The notes beneath the pieces are model-generated. The model was given only the letters and a program-made list of their open reading frames with translations, was not told where the DNA came from and ran no database searches. This document shows, in pieces, positions 49,959-60,200 of a stretch of 64,000 nucleotides of DNA (position 1 is its first letter; each line of letters begins with the position of its first letter). The translations under genes were made by a program, and so were the position numbers. Location: positions 1-64,000 of the forward strand of contig CAWCTR010000004.1 of the NCBI GenBank assembly GCA_963798485.1, given 5' to 3'. This DNA comes from an uncultured delta proteobacterium. Lineage in GTDB: Bacteria; Desulfobacterota; Desulfomonilia; UBA1062.

Positions 49959-51120
49959 ATGGCGCTCAAGGATGTATTGAAGGACATGGAAGGTTACCAG
50001 GAGATCGCACGCGAGATACAGGTGCTGAGGAAATACGGCTCTGACTACAGCTCAACCAAGGGTATTGTGGAGCACATCATATCGCTACTCCACCCCAAAA
50101 GGATCACCCTGAAGCTCTCTGAGGTGATCAATGAGACAAGTTCCAGCAAGACCTTCAGGTTTGCGGCAAAAGGGGGCTATCTGCCGCCCTTCCAGGCAGG
50201 CCAGTATGTCAACATCTTCGTGGATGTGGGAGGAATAAGGACAAGCAGGCCCTACAGCATATCTTCCTCACCCACCCAACTGGGATACTATGACATCACC
50301 ATCCGGAACGTCGAAGACGGTTTTGTCTCGGGCTTTTTCCTTGAGGAGGTTGCGAAGGGCACCGAGTTCGAGGCCACATCACCCTCGGGGAATTTCATCT
50401 ACAACCCGCTCTTCCACGGTGAAGACCTTGTGTTTCTTGCAGGGGGCAGCGGGGTGACCCCCTTCATGAGCATGATCCGGGAAGTGGCGGACCGGGGTCT
50501 CTCACGCCGGATCCACCTGATATACGGCAGCCGGAACCCCGATGATGTCATCTTCTCGGGCGAGCTGAAGGCTATAACTCAAAAACATCCGAATATCTCC
50601 TTCAGCCTGGTCATATCGAACCCGCCCAAGGGTTACAAAGGTTTGACCGGCTTTATCACCGCAGAGCTCATGAAAAAGGTCCTGGGCGATGTCACAGGAA
50701 AGACCTTTTACCTGTGCGGGCCCGATGCCATGTATGCCTTCTGTTTGAAGGAGTTGGAAAAGCTCGGTATCCCCAGGAGGAAGATCCGCACCGAGGTCTA
50801 TGGACCGCCCAAGGATGTTACCTCCCAGCCCGGGTGGCCCAAAGATGTGAAACCGGGTGATGGTCTTCACGGTAAGGATCAAGAGGGGCAAGGCTATACC
50901 GGCAAAGGCATCCGAGCCGTTGATGATCTCGCTGGAAAGAAGCGGGGTCGTGATCCCGGCGCTCTGCAGATCGGGAGAATGCAGCCTGTGCAGGACCAAG
51001 CTTCTCTCCGGCAGGGTGTTCCAGCCAGAAGGGGTCAGGTTGAGAAAATCCGACAGGCAGTTCGGTTACATCCACCCATGTATGGCGTATCCGCTGACCG
51101 ACCTGGAGATCCTGCTGTAA
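49959..51120 (+). pseudogene. FNR-type flavin reductase with C-terminal [2Fe-2S] ferredoxin domain, +1 frameshift at ~50855-50863 (probably a sequencing error)
   Basis: FQAGQY; RPYSISS; AGGSGVTP; YLCGP. The ferredoxin part (CRSGECSLC...IHPC) lies in another frame (50857-51120). Removing one G from GATGGTC gives KPGDVFTVRI. Confidence 0.82.
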
Positions 51121-51144
51121 GCATCCCCCATCTTTACATATCAA

Positions 51145-51183
51145 CCCCCCTCTCCCCTCGCGGGAGAGGGCCGGGGAGAGGGG
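51145..51183. repeat. REP/BoxC-like palindromic element between convergent genes
   Basis: CCCCCCTCTCCCCTCGCGGGAGAGGGCCGGGGAGAGGGG: hairpin CCCTCTCCC/GGGAGAGGG plus a purine tail. Confidence 0.6.
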
Positions 51184-51195
51184 AAACGTTTATCC

Positions 51196-52353
51196 TTATC
51201 CCCCCGAAGCAACAAGCCGGGCAGGCTGCTCGAGCACATCCAATATCCCCTGGGCGCAGTACACACGGTCGCGCCTGGTCTGCCTGATCTCCTTTACAAT
51301 ACCCAGGCTCACCAGCTTGTCGATGGCCCGTTGGGCGGTGGTGAAGGCAATGCCCAGGTCGCTGGAGAGCTTCTTGGCCGTGATATACGGGTTTGCGGCA
51401 AGGCAGTCCAGTGTCTGGGGCAGCACCCGCGACGGTATCATTGCCACTTCCGAGCGCCACCTGGCCATGAGGTCGTTGATGGTCTCCGCGCGGGTCAATG
51501 CATCTTCTGCCTGGCGCGCAATACCGTTGAAGAAATAGATAAGCCATGCCTCCCAGTTGCCTTCATTGCTGACGCTGCGCAGCCTTTCATAGTAATGGTT
51601 CCGGGTCGCCTCGAAAAATGCGCTCAGATAGAGCATGGGTGTGGGCAATACACCCCGCTCCACCAGGAACAGGGTGATGAGGAGGCGTCCCACCCTGCCG
51701 TTGCCGTCGAGAAAGGGGTGGATCGCCTCGAACTGGTAGTGGGCCAGGGCGATCTGCACCAGGGGCGGCAGTGTCGTATCCTGGAGAAAGGCTTCAAGTC
51801 CTGCCATGCATTCGGCCAGCATGTCCGGAGGGGGCGGCACATAGGTGGCGTCCATGAGCGTGCAGCCCGGCGCGCCGATCCAGTTCTGAGCCCGGCGGAA
51901 CTCGCCCGGTGTGGCATGTTCCCCCCGCACGTCGTGCATAAGCTTCTCGTGGATTTCTAAGATGAGCGGGGTCGAGAGTGAAAGGGTTTTCAACCGCTCG
52001 ATGCCATAGTCGAGCGCTGCCACATAGTTGGCCACCTCCTTGAGGTCATCGGGGCTGCGGTCGACCACGGCCCCTGCATCCGAGGCCAGTATTTCACCCA
52101 GGGTGGCCTGGGTACCCTCGATGCGGCTCGACAGCACCGCCTCGCGGGTAAGGAACGGCCGCATGAGCAGGTGCGGGTTGGCAAGCCTCCCGCCTTCGCC
52201 TGCCAGCCACCCGATGAGCCGGTCTGCCTCGGAAAGGGCGCGGAGCAGCTCAGGAGTCCAGGTGAGCACTGGCGGTAACCTGTCCGGCATGAATGCGGTG
52301 ATGCCGGGCTTGATCTTTACTGCACGCCCCGGGCTTTTTGATGGTTTTGCCAT
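51196..52353 (-). CDS. Fic family protein (N-terminal SSxIEG region, Fic domain, C-terminal HTH)
   Basis: EAVLSSRIEGT; HYQFEAIHPFLDGNGRVGR (intact Fic motif); AAGGAGG RBS. Confidence 0.93.
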   Translation of the reverse strand: MAKPSKSPGRAVKIKPGITAFMPDRLPPVLTWTPELLRALSEADRLIGWLAGEGGRLANPHLLMRPFLTREAVLSSRIEGTQATLGEILASDAGAVVDRSPDDLKEVANYVAALDYGIERLKTLSLSTPLILEIHEKLMHDVRGEHATPGEFRRAQNWIGAPGCTLMDATYVPPPPDMLAECMAGLEAFLQDTTLPPLVQIALAHYQFEAIHPFLDGNGRVGRLLITLFLVERGVLPTPMLYLSAFFEATRNHYYERLRSVSNEGNWEAWLIYFFNGIARQAEDALTRAETINDLMARWRSEVAMIPSRVLPQTLDCLAANPYITAKKLSSDLGIAFTTAQRAIDKLVSLGIVKEIRQTRRDRVYCAQGILDVLEQPARLVASGG

Positions 52354-52507
52354 GGTTCCTCCTTATGTGCAGCAATGAAAATAGCGCAGGCTGCTATTAG
52401 CGATATCGTATGTATTCGAAAATAGCAAGGGTATGTCGGACATAATCAGGTACGCATTACTTTCCCTGATCTCATAAACCACTCAACCCATCGATATTTT
52501 ATTTTAC

Positions 52508-53971
52508 CTGGAGTTTCCTGAGTTTTATCACTGAACAGTAGATAACCTATTGAAATAAAGTAAGAAGCTTATTTTATCAAGATAACAACGTCTAAGCGTA
52601 AAAGATTCCTGAGATTCACCGGCTGATATGGTAGAAAGTAGCTCACATACAGGAGATGGAGACGATATGGCCGGGAACTCCAGGATAGCAGCGGATATAA
52701 AAGGGCAGATAACGAGATTCTCAGGAATCATTTCCAAGGGATTACCCAAGTCGAAGCAGAAGCTCATTCGAGAGATGGTGTATGGGATACAGGCCGGGAA
52801 GGACATCAAGTTGTCCAGTGTGAGTCGTAGCCTGAATGAGGCCATACCCCTGATCAAGACGGAGGACCGGTTATCGAGGAATCTGGATGATCGGGATTTT
52901 ACGGATGCGATCAACCATGAGATATGCCGCCTTGGGAGCACGAAGGTGCTTGATGATATGGTGATAGCCATAGATCCTGGAGATATCCGCAAGAAGTATG
53001 CCTCGAAGATGGAGTGTCTGTGCAAGGTACATGATGGAAGTGAACATGAGATTGGTGAGGGGTACTGGCTCTGCAAAGGGGTGGCCGCGGACATTGAGCA
53101 TAAGAAGGTGATACCGTTGTACCTGGAGGCATATTCGCAGGAAGCCGAGGATTTCAAGAGCGAGAACGATCAGCTCTTCAAAGTGATCGACACTGTGAGC
53201 GCCCATGTGGGGAGCAAAGGTATCTATGCCATCGACCGCGGAGGGGACAGGGGTAAGCTCTATGACAAATTTCTTGAAAAGGGGAAGGCGAAGCGGTTTG
53301 TGATCCGTCTTAAGAAGAACAGAGATCTCATCCATAAAGGCGTCAAAAAGAATTGTCACTTTCTTGCCACGGCCTTGCCCTGTCCGCATGAAGCGGTCAT
53401 GATCAAGTATGAGGAAGGGAAAGAACGCCAGGCAAGCGTTTTCTACAATGCCGTGGCGGTGAAACTACCCGGCCATGATGCTCCGTTGTTTCTCGTGGTG
53501 GCGAAAGGGTTCGGCAAGGAGCCGATGATGCTTTTGACAAGCTGCCCGGTTCACCTGAAGGACCGTGAGACCATCTGGAGAATCATTGAGATATACCTCA
53601 CCCGCTGGAAATGCGATGAATCCTTCAGGTACATCAAGCAGTGCTACAATCTTGAAGATATCCGGGTGCGCCATTACACCAGTATCCGGAACATGGTGGT
53701 CCTTGTCCTTGCCGTCAGCTATTTCGCGGCAGTATATTTAGGGGATAACCTGAGACTCAAAATGCTGGTTGAGAGAGTGTATATCGTATCCAAGAGGTTC
53801 TTCGGCATCCCCACCTTTTTCAATTATGCCATCGCTGATGGGCTCTATAAGCTCCTCTTCTCCGATAAAACCGGATTCAACAAGACGGCAAAACCAAAAT
53901 ATCCCGAGTTCCAACTGTGCTTCAGCTTCCTGGAGTGAGTGGGGTTAATTTGAAAACTCAGGAAACTCCAG
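52508..53971 (+). mobile_element. Complete IS4-family insertion sequence, 1464 bp
   Basis: Perfect 19-bp terminal IRs CTGGAGTTTCCTGAGTTTT (52508-52526 / 53953-53971). 10-bp target duplication TTTATTTTAC (52498-52507 / 53972-53981). Confidence 0.92.
52667..53938 (+). CDS. IS4-family transposase
   Basis: IAIDPGD (D1); AIDRGGD (D2); FVIRL; YLTRWKCDESFRYIK (YREK-like). Lies inside the IRs. Confidence 0.88.
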   Translation: MAGNSRIAADIKGQITRFSGIISKGLPKSKQKLIREMVYGIQAGKDIKLSSVSRSLNEAIPLIKTEDRLSRNLDDRDFTDAINHEICRLGSTKVLDDMVIAIDPGDIRKKYASKMECLCKVHDGSEHEIGEGYWLCKGVAADIEHKKVIPLYLEAYSQEAEDFKSENDQLFKVIDTVSAHVGSKGIYAIDRGGDRGKLYDKFLEKGKAKRFVIRLKKNRDLIHKGVKKNCHFLATALPCPHEAVMIKYEEGKERQASVFYNAVAVKLPGHDAPLFLVVAKGFGKEPMMLLTSCPVHLKDRETIWRIIEIYLTRWKCDESFRYIKQCYNLEDIRVRHYTSIRNMVVLVLAVSYFAAVYLGDNLRLKMLVERVYIVSKRFFGIPTFFNYAIADGLYKLLFSDKTGFNKTAKPKYPEFQLCFSFLE

Positions 53972-54241
53972 TTTATTTTACGTATTGACATTTAGGTTAA
54001 TCATATTAATTTGTTTGTAAGATTTAAGATTACGTTATGGTCACTACATAACCCAAGGCGTTACAGACAAAAAGCTGATTTATAAGAAATAATTCATCTC
54101 CATACTTCAAGATGTTCTTCATGAGTTAAAGTCTAGCGGTATGAATTGGCAATGACAATGCCTGGTGGGGGATTTGAATTTACTCATAATAAAAAAACAG
54201 TATCCCGATTATAAAGGTATATATTTCCGGGGGGGTGAACG

Positions 54242-57200
54242 ATGAGAAACACTCTTGCCAATATGGGGCAAATTGACAGTCTACCAAAAATATCACGAAT
54301 CGTAGCTTATGTGTCTGCCTTACTCATATTTATAATGTTTGCCCCTTTGAGTGTCATGGCAAACCCCTCAGGCGAACAGGTAGTGGCAGGATCCGCCTCT
54401 TTCGGCCGCACCGGGAATACCCTGACTGTAACACAGGGAAGCGAAAGGGCCATCATTAATTGGCAGAACTTTTCCATCCCTGGCGGACAAACCACAAACT
54501 TTGTCCAGCCCGGGATAGCAAGCGCCATTCTCAACCGGGTGGTTTCGAACAATCCTTCCGAGATCTATGGGACCCTGAATGCCAACGGAAAGGTCTATCT
54601 GATCAACCAGAACGGCATTCTCGTCGGACCCGGCGGGGTGATCAACACCGAGAGCTTCATCGGCTCGACCCTCGATGTCGACAACAACCGGTTCATGGCG
54701 GGTGGTGACCTGTCCTTCCTTGGTGACTCTGCTGCCGGAATAAAGGTGCTGGGCAACATCAAGGCAATAGGTGGCGACATATTTCTCATAGCCCGTGATG
54801 TGGAGAACTCGGGCCGGATATCGGCCCAAGGCGGTACGGTAGGCCTGGGGGCCGGCAGCGAGGTGCTCCTTACGGCATCCGGTGACGAGCGGATCTTTAT
54901 CCAGAGCGGTTCCGATACCGGCACACTTGATAATTCCGGCCTGATCGAAGCTGCAGGCGCCGAACTGAAAAGCGCGGGCGGGAATGAATATGCCCTGGCC
55001 ATCAACAACACGGGTGTTATCCATGCAACCGGCACCGAGACCCGGGGCGGACATGTCTGGCTGGTGGCGGACAAAGGGACTGTCCTGAGTAGCGGAGAGA
55101 TAACGGCACACAAGGGGGATGACGGGGGCGAGGTCGGCATCCTCGGCGAACATGTCGGCCTGACCGGCGAAGCCTTAGTGGATGTATCCGGTGCGACAAA
55201 TGGCGGCACCGCCCTTATAGGCGGTGATCTGCATGGGGAGAACCCTGCTGTAGAAAACGCCCAGGAAACCTTTGTAGGCAGCAACGCCGTCATCAAGGCC
55301 GATGCGGGCGTGATGGGCAACGGCGGCAAGGTAATCGTCTGGTCGGATGATACGACCCGGTTCCAGGGGGGCATTTCCGCGAAAGGCGGCTCTTTATCCG
55401 GAAACGGCGGGTTCGTTGAAACCTCCGGGAAAGAATTGCTGAGCTTTAGCGGCATGGTAAATGCCGGTGCGAAGGACGGCACCGAAGGCACCCTGCTGCT
55501 GGATCCGAATAACATCACCGTTGATGCTGCTGGTGCGGCTTTAATAAGCGATGTCGCCGCCTTTACTACAAACCCATCAAGTGATGCCACTATCGCACCG
55601 AGCACCATTACTGCCGTAACGAATACAGGGACTGCTGTCGTCCTGCAGGCAAACAACGACATCACGGTGAACAGCAGCATCATATCCAACAACCCGGCCG
55701 GCAACGGCGGGGATCTCACCTTCCAGGCCGGCAGGAGCATCACGCTCAATGCGAATATAAACTCAGATAATGGCAACGTGATTTTTAAGCTCAATGATGA
55801 GACGGCCCAATCGGCTGACCGTGATGCAGGGGCAGCGACCTTTGTCAACAACAGCCTCGTGGACGCAGGGAGCGGCAATGTGTCCATCACCATGGGGACC
55901 CAGTCCACCAGTGGCAGCATCAATACGGGTCAGATCACGGCCAACAACCTTACCATCACCCATAACGGCCCTACCGCAGGTGCAGACACCGGGCAGATAG
56001 ATCTGGGCGAGGTCGAGATCAACACCAATCTCAATGTTACGGCCAATGCAGATAGGAATGTGGTCAACTCCATCGGCGCGGTGACCGTGCGTGGAGAAGC
56101 GGCCTTCGATGTGGGGGCAGGCGATGTTACCATCAACCGGACAACGACCGACTTCAACATCCTTGCGCTCACTCATGCGGGAAATGTGAACATCTACGAC
56201 GCCAATGCCATGCGCTTCGGCACGAGCAATATCAGCGGTACACTGACTGCAGTAACCAACGGCCCGCTCGCCTCAGTCGGTGCGCTCACGGTGGGCGGCC
56301 TCGCCACCTTCACCGCCAATAACGGCGGATTCGGGTATGCAGACCCATATATAAACCTTTCCTATAGTAATAACTTCCAGGGAGGCATCGCACTGAGTGT
56401 CGCGAGTACCGGACAGACAGGCACCGGCGGCTATGCAACGATCAATAATATCAATGCGATCGCCCTCGGTAATGTAACCCTTGGCGGTTATCTTCAGCTC
56501 ACGGCAGGCGGCAATGTCACCCAGCAGACCGGAACGACCATCACCGTCAACGGCTCTACGTCGATCACTGCAGGCAACGGAACCACGAACTATGATGTGA
56601 CCCTCGACGGTACCAACAACGACTTCGGAGCGAACAATACAGGCCTCTATTACGACTACAACATGCTGAGCATTACCAATGGGAATAACGTCACCATCGT
56701 GGACAAGAACAGGCTGGAATTCGGCACATCAACGATATCCGGCAACCTGTCCGTAACGGCCGGCGGTGACATTTACCAGTACTATTACCCATACTACGAT
56801 GAAGCACCGATCACCGTGGGGGGCACCGCGACGTTCACGGTCACCGCTGCCAACAGCAACCTGCTGCTCGGACCGACACAAAGTTCCTATAACCAGGGCT
56901 ATACAGGGGCGACCAACTCCTTCGGCGGCACGGTGACCATGGCAACATCCGGTGCGGGAAGCTATAGCGACGTGCAAATACGAAATACCAATGCGAATGC
57001 TGCAGTCATTTCAGGCCTGGGCTCCGGGCTGAACAATGTCCTTTTCTATTTTGACAATGCCGCGGCCATCAACCTGCCGGCCATGACCTTGAACGGAAAC
57101 CTCATCGTCGACGTGCCGAACGGAGGCATAACGCAATCCGGGGCTATTGTCGTGAACAACAGCGCAGGAGGCTACGGGTACAGCACATTCCGGGCGAATG

Positions 57201-60200
57201 CGGCCAGTGACATCAACCTCAGCGATGCAGGCAATAATTTCTACTGCGTGACGGTGCGGAACGGCCGTGACGTCACCCTTGTTGATCAGGACGCCATTGA
57301 GCTTTACGGCAACAGCTATGTGTTCAATGTCCAGCGCAACCTCAACGTGACCGCCGGTGGAAATATCACCGACGGGAGCACCTATAACTATTACTACTAT
57401 CTCAATGTGCCCAGCGGAACGACAACACTCAGCGCCGGGTCCGGAAACAACATTACCTTGAGTAATCCCTACGACCGCTTTAACATCGTTGCCATCCCTG
57501 CAGCGAACAACGTGACCATAACCCCGTACTCGAACCTGACGCTCGGCAACTGCACCATCAACGGCGCGCTCTCCCTCACCTCCTCCACAGGTGGAAATAC
57601 CCTGAACCAGAGTTCAGGGACCGCTGTCACCGTCGGAAGCGGCACCACTACCACCTTCAACAACTTCAGCACGGTCAACCTGCCGGAGTCGGGCAACGTT
57701 TTCGGCAATATCGCAACGAACAGCAGCACCATCACCATCCGTGAGAACGACCCCATCACCCAGGCCTCTGCCTGGTCCGCAGGCGGAGCCGTCAGCCTGA
57801 CCACCTCCAATGACCAGGCCATCACTTTAGACCAGGCCAACTACCTGGGCAATCTGACCATCACGCAGATCAACAGCGGAGCAGGCAGTGCGGGCGCCGT
57901 ATATGTCAACGAGACGGCCGACGGCAACGGCATTACCCAGGGCGGCGCCTGGACCGTCCACGGCACTACCACGCTCAATTCCGGGAGCTACTCCATCAAC
58001 CTCAACAACGCAAACAATGTCTTCGGTCCGTTGCAGGTATTGGGCGGCACCGGCGCAAGCCAGTCCGTCACCATCTATGCAAAGGACACCGCCACCACCA
58101 ACGCCATCACCGACGTCGGCGGTACCGGGGCCTGGAACACCGGCACCGGCACCGTCAAACTCATCGCCTACGATACCACCGGCACCACTGCGGGGGGCGG
58201 CACCATCAACCTGACCAATACCGGCAATGTCCTCGGTGACCTATACATCAAGGCCGCGAACGCCACGATAACCGAGAACGACAGTATAACCGACGGCCCC
58301 AGCGCCGTGTGGGATTCCAACAGCGACACAGGCTGGATCACCACCGGAAATACAATCCTTATTGTCGCCAACCCGACGGGTAAATCGATTACGCTCGACA
58401 ACCTGAGCAATCAGCTCGGTCCCGTGGGCCTCGGTGTAGCCGGCGCGGCAGGCACCCTCAACTCGGTTATGATCACCGACAACTCCAACCTTACCCAGGC
58501 CTCGGCCTGGACCGTAGGTGCAGCCCCTGTCACGGTCGATGCGCGCAACCACGCAATCGATCTCAGTACCAGCGGCAATGTGATGGGTGATATCAACATC
58601 AATACCGCCAATGGCGTTCCGACCTCCGTCAGCATCCGCGAGAACGACCCGATCACCCAGGGCAGCGCGTGGGGCCTTCTTGGCGTCCCCATCACCCTGT
58701 ACGCCGAGAACGGCAACAGCATCACGCTTACCCAGGCAGCCAACCAGATGGGCAATCTCACCGTCACCGGCGGAACCGTCAGCATCACCGAGAACGACAA
58801 CATCACCCAGGGCGGGGCATGGACCACCACCGGGACCACCACGCTGGACCCCACCGAACATGCAATCACCCTGACCAACACCGGGAACGTGCTTGGCCCC
58901 CTGGCCATCGGCAGCTCGGCCACCTCGGTCAATATCACCGAGAACGACAACATTACCCAGGCCTCAGCCTGGAGCCTCCCAACAACCCCCATAACCTTGA
59001 ACTCCCAGACCCACGATATCCTGCTGACACAGGCCTCAAATCAGTTGGGCGACCTGACGCTCACGGGACAGAACGTTTCGGTTACGGAGAACCACACCAT
59101 CAGCGACGGCAGCGCCTGGACGGTACCGGGACTGACGACGCTCACCGCAGGAACCAATGCCGTCGTGCTGGACGCCAACCCTGCGAGCGATTTCGGGACC
59201 ATGAAGATCGTTTCCGCCTCCGGTGCGGATATCACGGATGCCAACGGCATCATCTTCGACACGTCCAATGTGACAGGCACCCTGACCGTCACCGCGGCAG
59301 GGGCGATTACCCAGACCGGACCCATCACTGCCGATTCGCTCCGTCTTATCGGCACGGGCTATGCCACACTGACCAATGTCAACAACGACGTGGCGAATAT
59401 TGCTGCCGGATTTTCCGGAGGCGATTTGGCATACACGGATTCGAACGACTTTGCCGTGGCGACCATCGGCGGCACTTCGGGTGTGAATATCGGCGCCCAT
59501 AACGTGACGCTGACCTCCGTAGGCGGCACGGTGACAGGCCTTACCAGTGTCAATGCAAGCAGCAGTTCACTCACGGTCCATACCGGCACTGCGCTCACCC
59601 TGCCGCAGATGACCATCGCCGGAGCCCAGACCTATACGGCAGACGCCGGGGGAATTGACCTCACTGCAGGCATCCTCAGCACTGCATCCGGGCCCATCAC
59701 CTTCAACAGCCCCTTGACCCTCGATGCCGATCTCACGATTCAGTCGTCCAATTCACCGATCACATTCAACAGCACCGTTGCCGGGGCAACCCACCAGCTG
59801 ATCGTGAATGCCGGCAGCAGCGGGACGGTCGATTTCCAGCAGGCCGTGAGCGATCTGGGCATAACATCCAGCGCCAGCACCGCCCTGCAGCTTACTTCGG
59901 GCGGGGCCACCTTCCACAGCACCCTGGCGGCCAACAACGGTCTTAGCATCACCGGACCGGTGGTCTTTATGGATGATGTCACCCTGGCTGACGGCAATGC
60001 CGGTTCGGTATTCGCCGATCATGTGACGCTGGGCAAACTCGGCGGCATGAGCCTTTCCGGGTACGACGGCATGACCTTCAACAACGGCGTGCTGTTGCAG
60101 AGCGGCCCGGCCACGATCAATACCAATGACTCACCCCTTACCTTCCAGACCGCAGGCACCATCCACGGCCCTTACGCACTAACCCTCAATTCAGGCACCC

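Noticed and set aside
50860-51287. C-terminal extension of the 442-aa ORF 49959..51287
   Set aside because: Out-of-frame read-through after the frameshift. It crosses the REP element and overlaps fic; the true C-terminus ends at 51120.
56640-57410. Diversity-generating retroelement variable repeat (TAC/AAC-rich codons)
   Set aside because: No template-repeat copy or reverse transcriptase in the window, and the segment is internal rather than a C-terminal lectin-type domain.
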